DNA from: Escherichia coli | GTDB taxonomy: Bacteria > Pseudomonadota > Gammaproteobacteria > Enterobacterales > Enterobacteriaceae | DNA: 64,000 bases | Direction: 5' to 3' (one strand) | Assembly: GCF_048403405.1 (NCBI RefSeq) | Contig: NZ_CP183129.1 | Part shown: positions 16,926-25,019 of the stretch, one piece after another | How the letters are laid out: each line of letters opens with the position of its first letter | How positions within the stretch are numbered: the stretch's first letter is position 1 | Notes under the pieces: model-generated | Told to the model about the DNA's origin: nothing | What the model saw: the letters and a program-made list of their open reading frames with translations, nothing else | Databases searched by the model: none | Made by a program: the position numbers and the translations under genes

Positions 16926-17591
16926 TCAAATAAAACCAGCTGCCTTCCGGCGTTCGTATTCCTGTTTCAGCCGTTCAATTGGCGTTGGCCCTTGCGGGTG
17001 TTTCGCCCCTTCCAGTTGTCGTCGCACTGGCGGAACACTCATCCCGTTACCAACATGCTTTGCCCATTTCGTCAGTTGCCGTTCCGCAAGTCGTTTTAAC
17101 TCACCCTGCGTCATCTGGCGCTCAATCCCTCTGGTACGCATTTCGAGGCAGATGTGGTACAGCACAGGCTGAGGCCACGGATATTTGTCGCTTCCGTCAT
17201 ATCGCCAGGACTCATCACGCCAGCGGCGGTACTCCTCCATCACAGCATCCACCGTCAGGCCAAATGGATTGGCCCCGCTTTCTGAAATCAGCGCCACAAA
17301 CTCAGCCAGGTCCGGAGGCCATGTTTCACCCGCCCGGCAGCGGTCCATGCACTGGCGGCAGACCTGTCGGATTTGCTGCTCAGTCATCGCGCCAATCTGT
17401 GCAATCCAGAGCTTCGAAGGTGCGGCCCCGTTCTTCTGGGTCCAGCGGTTCGAATAAACCTCCCCCATGAGTTCCCACAGCTTCCAGACCGTTTCCGTCG
17501 CTGATAAATCCGTTTTCACGTTCCCACTGCTCACGTGCTGCCCGAATTTCCTGAACTGCCCGTGATGCGGTGCCACCTGGTGCTGCTGCAT
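16926..17591 (-). CDS. replication protein P-like (helicase loader)
   Basis: Segments ETWPPDLAEFVALI and YPWPQPVLYHICLEM parallel lambda P (RPFLPSPGQFVAWC, YPWKSNAHYWLV) as recalled; 5' 212 bp overlaps the O-like ORF in another frame, so start uncertain. Confidence 0.6.
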   Translation of the reverse strand: MQQHQVAPHHGQFRKFGQHVSSGNVKTDLSATETVWKLWELMGEVYSNRWTQKNGAAPSKLWIAQIGAMTEQQIRQVCRQCMDRCRAGETWPPDLAEFVALISESGANPFGLTVDAVMEEYRRWRDESWRYDGSDKYPWPQPVLYHICLEMRTRGIERQMTQGELKRLAERQLTKWAKHVGNGMSVPPVRRQLEGAKHPQGPTPIERLKQEYERRKAAGFI

Positions 17592-18426
17592 GGTTTACCC
17601 CCTTGCTGACTGGCTTAACCTGCGCCCTGACGTGATTTACGTGACGGGCGAATTTCTGCTCCCACTGAACCTGCGTGAAAACTTTCCCCTCCGCTGCCCA
17701 GTAGTCCCGGAAAGCGGCAAGTTCAGCAGGTGTAAATTCCGGCTCCGGCAAAGCCATCCCCCACAACGCAGCCCGTCGTCGAAAATCCGGCGACGGATGC
17801 CAGTCATCGACCATCGGAAATTTCCCGATGGGTTCGCTCAGTCCATCCAGGGATGCAGGTTCTGCTGCCTGCAACGGCGTACCACTCGACTCACTGGTCG
17901 GAGCACTCTCGCGCACGTGCGCGTTATGTGTGGGGTTTAATTCTTTATCTGTATCTTTATCTGTCGTGACTCGTCGTGACATGTCGTGACATATGCGTGA
18001 CTCGTCGTGACACCCCTCATTCTGTTTTCGTAATTTTTCCCTCTCGCGCTGCGCTCTCTTGCGCTCTGCCGGGGATTTCGCGGTTTGTGAAACGTTGCCA
18101 TTGTCCTCTTTCAGTACCTGGCGTTTTTCCCATCCGGTGATTAAATCTCCATCAAGTACCCGCCCCTGCATTGCCTGTAAAATTGAATCAATTACTTCTT
18201 CCGTCACATCAAGCGCACTTGCTAAATCTTCCGTCGTGACATCAATGTGACCACGTAGTGACACGCCGTGACATGTCGTGACATTTCGTGACGCGCTCAC
18301 CAGAAGGTGGATATACACTGCCATCACTGTTGCAATTGGCTGCCCTGACACCCTGGCAATTGTTCGCCACTTAGGGTCATTTGGCATGTCATGCCATAAT
18401 CTGAGCCAGGCGTTAGCCATACTCAC
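17380..18426 (-). CDS. replication initiator O-like protein containing the origin iterons
   Basis: 348-aa ORF upstream of P-like gene; two clusters of tandem ~10-bp GTCGTGAC repeats lie inside it. Confidence 0.6.
   Translation of the reverse strand: MSMANAWLRLWHDMPNDPKWRTIARVSGQPIATVMAVYIHLLVSASRNVTTCHGVSLRGHIDVTTEDLASALDVTEEVIDSILQAMQGRVLDGDLITGWEKRQVLKEDNGNVSQTAKSPAERKRAQREREKLRKQNEGCHDESRICHDMSRRVTTDKDTDKELNPTHNAHVRESAPTSESSGTPLQAAEPASLDGLSEPIGKFPMVDDWHPSPDFRRRAALWGMALPEPEFTPAELAAFRDYWAAEGKVFTQVQWEQKFARHVNHVRAQVKPVSKGVNHAAAPGGTASRAVQEIRAAREQWERENGFISDGNGLEAVGTHGGGLFEPLDPEERGRTFEALDCTDWRDD
17961..18011. repeat. iteron cluster A (5 tandem ~10-bp NNGTCGTGAC repeats), candidate ori
   Basis: Head-to-tail repeats at one helical-turn spacing, preceded by AT-rich tract 17935..17960. 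Confidence 0.65.
18231..18292. repeat. iteron cluster B (6 tandem ~10-11-bp repeats ending GTGAC)
   Basis: ccgtcgtgac, atcaatgtgac, cacgtagtgac, acgccgtgac, atgtcgtgac, atttcgtgac. Confidence 0.6.
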
Positions 18427-18491
18427 CTCTTCTGATACCGAATCTTTTTACTCACAAATTGCCGGAAGTGATCCGGTATGAATATTGCGAG

Positions 18492-18917
18492 TCAATGCAC
18501 AGCCACAATATTTCCTGCAGGGCCACCACGATTCATCTGGTTGAAACCAGCGATCGCCACTGCGACAAAATCATCAGCGTCTCTCACCAGTCGTTCCCGC
18601 GTCTCCACCAGCTCCCGAAAATAAGCTGAACTGTGGCTGCGCATTCGGGCCACCAGCAGAGGCGGCATTGCTTTTTCGATCGCTGGTAACAACGCCTGAA
18701 TTTTTTTAACCGCATCAGGAGTGTCTTTCTCCACCCAGCGGAAAATTTTCTGGGTATTGCGAGCCAGGGCTTCCGGATGGCTGTCGTCATATAATTCCGG
18801 GAACGTCATACCAAGCTCAAAATAAGCCCGGGTTATTTCAGCTGCCGGAACTTTTTCACCGTCCGGATGCGCCCAGGCATTCATCGCCATGCGGATGTGC
18901 TCATGCCTGATTTTCAT
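18492..18917 (-). CDS. YdaT-like protein (CII-position regulator)
   Basis: 141 aa; N-terminus MKIRHEHI and C-terminus ...VAVH resemble Rac YdaT as recalled; follows the YdaS-like gene. Confidence 0.55.
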   Translation of the reverse strand: MKIRHEHIRMAMNAWAHPDGEKVPAAEITRAYFELGMTFPELYDDSHPEALARNTQKIFRWVEKDTPDAVKKIQALLPAIEKAMPPLLVARMRSHSSAYFRELVETRERLVRDADDFVAVAIAGFNQMNRGGPAGNIVAVH

Positions 18918-19182
18918 GAATCAACTCCGATGCATTTGGTGTGTTAGCCTTGAATCCAACAGGTAAGCCGTCGGTTGGATTCGGGTAAATATCAGGCCGG
19001 AGTTCATGAGGTGTAACCTCGAAATTCGTTACTTCAGCAACACGTAATGCTTTTTCAGGGCTGAATCTTTCATAGCCCCCCAGCACTCGACTTACATGCA
19101 CCTGAGATAAACCCGTTAGCTTCCCAAACTGTAGCTGGGTGATATGTTTCTCTTTTAAATAGTCTCTTAAGTTCATAGCCAA
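18901..19182 (-). CDS. YdaS-like Cro-type HTH protein
   Basis: 93 aa; HTH (QLQFGKLTGLSQVHVSRVLGG) and HELRPDIYP segment; divergent from the repressor gene. Confidence 0.6.
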   Translation of the reverse strand: MAMNLRDYLKEKHITQLQFGKLTGLSQVHVSRVLGGYERFSPEKALRVAEVTNFEVTPHELRPDIYPNPTDGLPVGFKANTPNASELIHENQA

Positions 19183-19208
19183 CCTTCTACGTTATGCCTC
19201 GAGCAAAT

Positions 19209-19223
19209 ATTAGCCCCGCTAAT
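19209..19223. promoter_or_regulatory. perfect 15-bp palindrome ATTAGCcccGCTAAT in the divergent immunity promoter region (candidate operator)
   Basis: Lies between divergent YdaS-like and DicA-like genes. Confidence 0.4.
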
Positions 19224-19283
19224 TTTAAAGATCAATAGCCAGACTATCTTTGATAATATTGGTAAAACAAATAAACTCTATGT

Positions 19284-19745
19284 ATGAAAAAAACACGCGA
19301 AGTGATTGCAACTCCAGAAGCGAGCAAGAATTTAAAAGCCGCATGGAATGCAAGAAAAAAAGAGCTGAAGCTGACTCAAGAGCTGGCGGCTGAGTTGTTG
19401 GGATTCGAATCTCAAGGCACCGTTAGCCAGTATCTGAACGGCAAGATACCGGTAAATACCGACGCTGCGCTAAAATTTGCGGCTCTGTTAAAGGTAAAAC
19501 CAGAGGACATTCGAGAAGACCTTAAAGACTTAATGAATTATGTAAGATCATCAGATACTTATGATGATAACTTTTCAGGCAAAGGATGGAGGCTGGTCAA
19601 TGAAGAACAGGCAGAGTTACTTAACCTCTTCGAGATTCTACCTGCGTCAGAAAAAGCCAAACTCCTTAACCAGCTACGTGGACTAAACAAGCTCTACGAG
19701 GAAGCCTTCGAGAACATGCTGGCACTAAAGAAACGTAACCAGTAG
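19284..19745 (+). CDS. DicA-like prophage repressor (XRE HTH)
   Basis: 153 aa; HTH (LTQELAAELLGFESQGTVSQYLNG); C-terminal LLNLFEILPASEKAKLLNQL resembles DicA as recalled. Confidence 0.7.
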   Translation: MKKTREVIATPEASKNLKAAWNARKKELKLTQELAAELLGFESQGTVSQYLNGKIPVNTDAALKFAALLKVKPEDIREDLKDLMNYVRSSDTYDDNFSGKGWRLVNEEQAELLNLFEILPASEKAKLLNQLRGLNKLYEEAFENMLALKKRNQ

Positions 19746-19777
19746 CCACCGCTCACTACCCCATCCACAACAAAAAA

Positions 19778-19801
19778 ACCGACGTCTTAGTCGGTTTTTT
19801 T
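19778..19801 (+). terminator. intrinsic terminator after the repressor gene
   Basis: accgac-gtctta-gtcggt then ttttttt. Confidence 0.7.
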
Positions 19802-19998
19802 GTGCCATAACTTCTGCAAATCAGCTGTATAACTAATATTTTTCCCTTGAAAAAACATTTACATAGTTACCAAATCAAAAATATCATACGCCATACTGTT
19901 GACTTAAAATATCCGCGTTACTAATATTTCTATCAAGAACAGCACGGCGCTGTAGGTTTTAGTTCCGCCACCCGGCGTTAAGGGGAAATGAGGTCAGC

Positions 19999-20154
19999 AT
20001 GGATACTATCGAGCTTGGCAACAACGAATCTCTGGTGTACGGCGTGTTTCCCAACCAGGACGGCACATTCACCGCGATGACGTATACCAAAAGCAAAACG
20101 TTTAAAACCGAAAATGGTGCCCGTCGCTGGCTGGAAAGAAACTCAGGTGAGTGA
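19999..20154 (+). CDS. ydfA: YdfA-like small protein (51 aa)
   Basis: ATG with GAGG Shine-Dalgarno; MDTIELGNNESLVYGVFPNQDG... matches Qin YdfA as recalled. Confidence 0.6.
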   Translation: MDTIELGNNESLVYGVFPNQDGTFTAMTYTKSKTFKTENGARRWLERNSGE

Positions 20155-20155
20155 T

Positions 20156-20284
20156 ATGGATTTCGACACAATCATGGAAAAGGCTTACGAAGAATACTTC
20201 GATGGTCTTGCCGAAGGCGAAGAAGCTCTCAGCTTCAGTGAATTTAAACAGGCGCTTTCCAGTTCGGGAAAATCTAACGGCTGA
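20156..20284 (+). CDS. ydfB: YdfB-like small protein (42 aa)
   Basis: ATG 1 nt after ydfA stop with AGGTGAG Shine-Dalgarno. Confidence 0.55.
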   Translation: MDFDTIMEKAYEEYFDGLAEGEEALSFSEFKQALSSSGKSNG

Positions 20285-20313
20285 TAAGCGAAACAGCACC
20301 GCGAGGAATCAGT

Positions 20314-20532
20314 ATGCAGAAACGAGAACCCGTCATCATCGCGCCAGACTATACCGATGATGAACTTTATGAGTGGATGCGCCAGAAAATTAATGCAGTG
20401 CAGGATCTGAAATGGGCCAATGAAGCCAGGACTAAGCAGGCTGAAAATCTGTCCGCTCTGGAGCAGGATATCACCAGGCTGGAAAAAGCAGCGGCATTAA
20501 GCATTGCCAGAATGGTTACATACCCACGTTAA
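20314..20532 (+). CDS. ydfC: YdfC-like protein (72 aa)
   Basis: ORF in the dicB-operon position of ydfC. Confidence 0.55.
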   Translation: MQKREPVIIAPDYTDDELYEWMRQKINAVQDLKWANEARTKQAENLSALEQDITRLEKAAALSIARMVTYPR

Positions 20533-20554
20533 TAGCTAACCAACGAGGCTAATA

Positions 20555-20956
20555 ATGGAATTTAAAGATTTACCAATGCCATTCCAGGAAATGGCAGCGA
20601 ATGTGGTTCGCTCTCAACTGGCGACTCTTGACCTGAGTACTGTAGAAAAGGAAACCATCGATACTATATCCGGTAACGTGCGTCGTGCCTTTATAGGTCT
20701 GTATGAAGAGAAGCGCCTATTCGGCGGACAGAATTCGCCTGAAAACAAGAATCAAGCAAATGATGAGAAGCTGAAACACATTATCGCCTTACTTTTGGAA
20801 GACGCAAAACGTCTACAGCAACTGGAACCAAATGCAGGCACAGAGGCCCGCATTTGGATTGCCATGAAATCACTCAAATGTGAAAGCAGTGATTATTTCA
20901 AAACAACAATTAAAACTACTCAACTTTCGGGAGAGCTACTGAAGAAATTGCCATAA
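20555..20956 (+). CDS. hypothetical 133-aa protein, insertion between ydfC and dicF
   Basis: ATG with GAGG Shine-Dalgarno; no recognised domain. Confidence 0.5.
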   Translation: MEFKDLPMPFQEMAANVVRSQLATLDLSTVEKETIDTISGNVRRAFIGLYEEKRLFGGQNSPENKNQANDEKLKHIIALLLEDAKRLQQLEPNAGTEARIWIAMKSLKCESSDYFKTTIKTTQLSGELLKKLP

Positions 20957-21194
20957 GAGCATGGTCTTTCTCTTGTTCTGCAAGATGAGCATTAATACCT
21001 GGTATGGTTTTTTCAAATTTATCTATCTGTTGAATAACAACTTCGCGGTATACGTTTGTTTTTGTACCACCAAGCGCAGCCGTTAATGCAGAAAGCATAT
21101 TTAGTATCATATCAGTGCGATATGAAAGAATCCTGATAGCTTCATCTTGTTCTTCAATAATAGATTGCAGGGCCTCAATTTGCTTTTTATCCAT
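20916..21194 (-). CDS. hypothetical 92-aa protein antisense to the dicB operon
   Basis: ATG 21194 preceded by AGGAGG at ideal spacing; predicted helical; 3' end overlaps the 133-aa gene by 41 bp. Confidence 0.5.
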   Translation of the reverse strand: MDKKQIEALQSIIEEQDEAIRILSYRTDMILNMLSALTAALGGTKTNVYREVVIQQIDKFEKTIPGINAHLAEQEKDHALMAISSVALPKVE

Positions 21195-21529
21195 TTCACC
21201 CTCCTGAGGGTTGGTAATTAAGGAGTTCTCCACTGGTCAGGTGGAGTGCGTGCGCCGGACACGGGTGAGCATCCGGCACTGACAGTTTACTGAAAGGATA
21301 TGTCCCTGAAAAGTCAGGGCATAACGCGAAAGCGCACGGCGAAATTGGTCTCTCTGTACGGTGTCGTTAAATTTAGTTCGACCGTGCGCTTCCGGTTGTG
21401 GCACTCCGCGAAATGGCGCGGCGGTAAGTATGGCTGGGGTTTCCTCCATTGCTCCAGAAAATGCACCGGGTTGTCAGGTTGACCATACGCTTAAGTGACA
21501 ACCCCGCTACAACGCCCTCTGTTATCAAT

Positions 21530-21587
21530 TTTCTGGTGACATTTGGCGGTATCAGTTTTACTCCGTGACTGCTCTGCCGCCCTTTTT
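21530..21587 (+). ncRNA. dicF: DicF small RNA
   Basis: tttctggtgacatttggcggtatcagttttactccgtgactgctctgccgcccttttt is near-identical to K-12 DicF as recalled, including terminator hairpin. Confidence 0.85.
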
Positions 21588-21765
21588 AAAGTGAATTTTG
21601 TGATGCGGTGAATGCGGCTATGCGCACGCGGAACAGTTAAAGCAGTAAGGCGGTATTTTACGGGCGTAACGAGCATCAACTAACCCGGCGTTAATTGTTA
21701 ACTGGTTAACGTCACCTGGAGGCACCAGGCACTGCATCACAAAATTCATTGTTGAGGACGCGATA

Positions 21766-21954
21766 ATGGAAACGTTATTACCAAACGTTAATACGTCTGA
21801 AGGTTGTTTTGAAATTGGTGTCACTATCAGTAACCCTGTATTTACTGAAGATGCCATTAACAAGAGAAAACACGAACGGGAGTTATTAAATAAAATATGC
21901 ATTCTTTCAATGCTGGCCCGTTTACGTCCGATACAAAAAGGATGTGCACAATGA
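21766..21954 (+). CDS. dicB: DicB cell-division inhibitor
   Basis: 62 aa; METLLPNVNTSEGCFEIGVTISNPVFTEDAINKRK... matches DicB as recalled. Confidence 0.85.
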   Translation: METLLPNVNTSEGCFEIGVTISNPVFTEDAINKRKHERELLNKICILSMLARLRPIQKGCAQ

Positions 21955-22142
21955 ATACAGCATTTGCACTTGTTCTGACAGTTTTTCTTGTTTCCGGAGA
22001 GCCAGTTGATATTGCAGTCAGTGTTCACAGGACAATGCAGGAGTGTGTGACTGCAGCAACCGAACAGAAAATTCCCGGTAACTGTTACCCGGTCGATAAA
22101 GTTATTCACCAGGATAATAACGAAATCCCGGCAGGTCTTTAA
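21951..22142 (+). CDS. ydfD: YdfD-like small membrane protein
   Basis: 63 aa from ATG 21951 (overlaps dicB stop); N-terminal hydrophobic helix. Confidence 0.75.
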   Translation: MNTAFALVLTVFLVSGEPVDIAVSVHRTMQECVTAATEQKIPGNCYPVDKVIHQDNNEIPAGL

Positions 22143-22234
22143 AACAGTTCCGTAATAAATATCCGGTTTCATTCTTATATGCCAGCAATGGCAGGGATTT
22201 GTTCACCCTTAAATCTGTAATGAGGTAAAACAAA

Positions 22235-24706
22235 ATGAGTAAAGTCTTTATTTGCGCCGCCATTCCGGACGAACAGGCAATAAAGGAAGAAGGTGCAGTC
22301 GCTGTAGCCACTGCCATTGAAGCCGGTGATGAACGTCGCGCCCGCGCAAAATTTCACTGGCAATTCCTGGAACATTATCCGGCTGCTCAGGACTGCGCTT
22401 ATAAATTTCTTGTCTGCGAGGATAAACCCGGTATACCCCGCCCTGCCCTAGATTCCTGGGATGCTGAATATATGCAGGAAAACCGCTGGGATGAGGCGTC
22501 TGCTTCCTTTGTCCCGGTTGAGACTGAATCAGATCCGATGAACGTCACTTTTGACAAGCTGGCCCCTGAAGTACAGAACGCTGTCATGGTTAAGTTCGAC
22601 ACATGTGAAAACATCACCGTTGATATGGTGATTAGCGCGCAGGAACTGTTGCAGGAAGACATGGCAACATTCGACGGACATATCGTTGAAGCGTTGATGA
22701 AAATGCCAGAAGTTAACGCCATGTATCCGGAGCTTAAGCTGCATGCCATCGGGTGGGTTAAGCATAAATGTAAGCCTGGTGCCAAATGGCCCGAAATTCA
22801 GGCAGAGATGCGCATCTGGAAAAAACGTCGCGAAGGTGAACGCAAGGAAGCCGGAAAATACACGTCTGTTGTTGATCTCGCCCGCGCCAGAGCCAATCAA
22901 CAGCACACTGAAAATTCAACAGGAAAAATCAACCCGGTCATTGCTGCCATTCATCGCGAATACAAGCAGACATGGAAAACACTGGATGACGAACTGGCCT
23001 ACGCTCTCTGGCCTGGTGATGTGGATGCCGGAAACATTGACGGCAGCATCCATCGCTGGGCAAAAAATGAAGTTATCGACAACGACCGCGAAGACTGGAA
23101 GCGTATCTCGGCATCAATGCGCAAACAGCCTGATGCCCTTCGCTACGACCGCCAGACTATTTTTGGCCTTGTCCGTGAACGTCCGATCGACATTCACAAA
23201 GACCCTGTGGCACTGAACAAATACATTACTGAATACCTGACTACAAAGGGCGTGTTTGAAGATGAAGGAACAAATCAGAGCGCAACTGATACTCTCTCGT
23301 CGCCAGTACCAGAAACTGATGCAGTGGAAACGGCAATTCCGGACAACGAAAAAACCGAATGCAAAGTGGAAGTCGAACCATCTGTAGAACGTGAGGGGCC
23401 GTTCTACTTCCTCTTCACCGACAAGGATGGCGAAAAATACGGTCGCGCAAACAAACTTTCTGGTCTGGATAAGGCGCTGTCTGCTGGGGCTACTGAAATC
23501 ACGAAAGAAGAATATTTCGCCCGCAAAAACGGTACATACTCAGGTTCACAACAAAATACTGGTGCATCTGACACGACCGCACAACCAGGGTCAGTAAAAG
23601 TTACCGCTGACGAAGTAAACAAAATTATGCAGGCAGCCAATATCAGCCAGCCTGACGCCGATGAACTGCTTGCAGTATCACGTGGTGAATTTGTTGAAGG
23701 GATTAGCGACCCGAATGATCCGAAATGGGTTAAGGGGAACCAGACCCGCGATTCTGTGAACCAGAACCAGCAAGAAACGGAACAGAACGACCAGAAAGCG
23801 GAACAAAACAGCCCAAATGCGTTACAAAACGAGCCAGAAACGAAACAGCCTGAATCAGTGGCGCAACAGGAAGTGGAAAAAGTCTGCACCGCCTGCGGTC
23901 AGACCGGCGGCGGCAACTGCCCTGATTGTGGCGCGGTAATGGGCGACGCAACATACCAGGAAACATTCGATGAAGAGTATCAGCCTGAAGTTCAGGAAGA
24001 TGATCCGGAGGAAATGGAAGGCGCTGAACATCCACACAAGGAGAACACTGGCGGCAATCAGCATCACGATAGCGATAATGAAACTGGCGAGACGGCAGAT
24101 CACTCAATTAAGGTGAACGGTCATCAAGAAATCACATCCACCAGCAGGACGTGTGACCATCTAATGATCGACCTTGAAACCATGGGAAAAAATCCTGATG
24201 CCCCGATCATCTCAATAGGTGCAATATTTTTCGATCCGCAAACCGGAGATATGGGACCGGAATTTAGTAAGACTATCGATCTGGAAACTGCTGGCGGAGT
24301 CATTGATCGGGACACCATTAAATGGTGGCTTAAGCAATCACGCGAAGCGCAATCTGCCATTATGACCGATGAAATCCCGTTAGATGATGCACTGTTACAA
24401 TTGCGGGAATTTATCGACGAAAACTCCGGTGAATTTTTTGTTCAGGTTTGGGGAAATGGAGCCAACTTCGACAACACGATTTTGCGCCGTTCATACGAAC
24501 GGCAGGGGATCCCCTGCCCGTGGCGTTACTACAACGATCGCGATGTACGCACAATCGTTGAGCTGGGGAAAGCCATAGACTTCGATGCCAGAACGGCTAT
24601 TCCATTCGAAGGTGAGCGCCATAATGCACTTGATGACGCCCGTTACCAGGCAAAATACGTTTCAGCTATCTGGCAAAACCTGATCCCAAATCAGGCTGAT
24701 TTTTAA
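22235..24706 (+). CDS. YdfE-like prophage exonuclease, full length (C-terminal DnaQ-like DEDDh 3'-5' exonuclease domain)
   Basis: 823 aa; C-terminal MIDLETMG and HNALDDARYQ motifs; central acidic/Gln-rich linker with C-x2-C-x8-C-x2-C zinc ribbon (CTACGQTGGGNCPDCG). Confidence 0.7.
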   Translation: MSKVFICAAIPDEQAIKEEGAVAVATAIEAGDERRARAKFHWQFLEHYPAAQDCAYKFLVCEDKPGIPRPALDSWDAEYMQENRWDEASASFVPVETESDPMNVTFDKLAPEVQNAVMVKFDTCENITVDMVISAQELLQEDMATFDGHIVEALMKMPEVNAMYPELKLHAIGWVKHKCKPGAKWPEIQAEMRIWKKRREGERKEAGKYTSVVDLARARANQQHTENSTGKINPVIAAIHREYKQTWKTLDDELAYALWPGDVDAGNIDGSIHRWAKNEVIDNDREDWKRISASMRKQPDALRYDRQTIFGLVRERPIDIHKDPVALNKYITEYLTTKGVFEDEGTNQSATDTLSSPVPETDAVETAIPDNEKTECKVEVEPSVEREGPFYFLFTDKDGEKYGRANKLSGLDKALSAGATEITKEEYFARKNGTYSGSQQNTGASDTTAQPGSVKVTADEVNKIMQAANISQPDADELLAVSRGEFVEGISDPNDPKWVKGNQTRDSVNQNQQETEQNDQKAEQNSPNALQNEPETKQPESVAQQEVEKVCTACGQTGGGNCPDCGAVMGDATYQETFDEEYQPEVQEDDPEEMEGAEHPHKENTGGNQHHDSDNETGETADHSIKVNGHQEITSTSRTCDHLMIDLETMGKNPDAPIISIGAIFFDPQTGDMGPEFSKTIDLETAGGVIDRDTIKWWLKQSREAQSAIMTDEIPLDDALLQLREFIDENSGEFFVQVWGNGANFDNTILRRSYERQGIPCPWRYYNDRDVRTIVELGKAIDFDARTAIPFEGERHNALDDARYQAKYVSAIWQNLIPNQADF

Positions 24707-24770
24707 TGTTCAACCCCGGTCGTTGCCCACCAGCTATAGTGGCGGCGACCATGATTAGCGAACGACGCTC

Positions 24771-25019
24771 ATGGCAAGACTTATTCTGCTCACTGAGTGG
24801 GCAAAAGAGGAATTCAGTGAACCGGTCCCTACTCCGAGTACGTTAAGTAAATACGCTAAAGCCGGAATGATATTTCCTCTCCCCAAAAAAGTTGGAAGAC
24901 GCTGGCGAGTGGATCCGCAAGCTCGCTTTGTCGGAATGGTAAACAAGCCGGAGGTGATCGCCACAGATCACCCTGCTTTGAAGAGGATACTGGAAGATGG
25001 CGCGCCCGCGAAAATATAA
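24771..25019 (+). CDS. excisionase (Xis/AlpA-like)
   Basis: 82 aa; MIFPLPKKVGRRWRVDPQARF resembles lambda Xis; 3' end overlaps int start. Confidence 0.7.
   Translation: MARLILLTEWAKEEFSEPVPTPSTLSKYAKAGMIFPLPKKVGRRWRVDPQARFVGMVNKPEVIATDHPALKRILEDGAPAKI

Noticed and set aside
16653-17470. Plus-strand ORFs (80, 130, 163, 90 aa) across the replication region
   Set aside because: Antisense to the P-like and 262-aa genes; Ser/Arg-rich shadow frames.
21618-22172. 184-aa Cys-rich minus-strand ORF
   Set aside because: Antisense to dicB and ydfD, which match known proteins; Cys/Asn-rich translation of AT-rich antisense sequence.
22399-24360. Minus-strand ORFs (128, 125, 161, 125, 82, 78 aa)
   Set aside because: Antisense to the 823-aa exonuclease gene, which has a coherent domain architecture.
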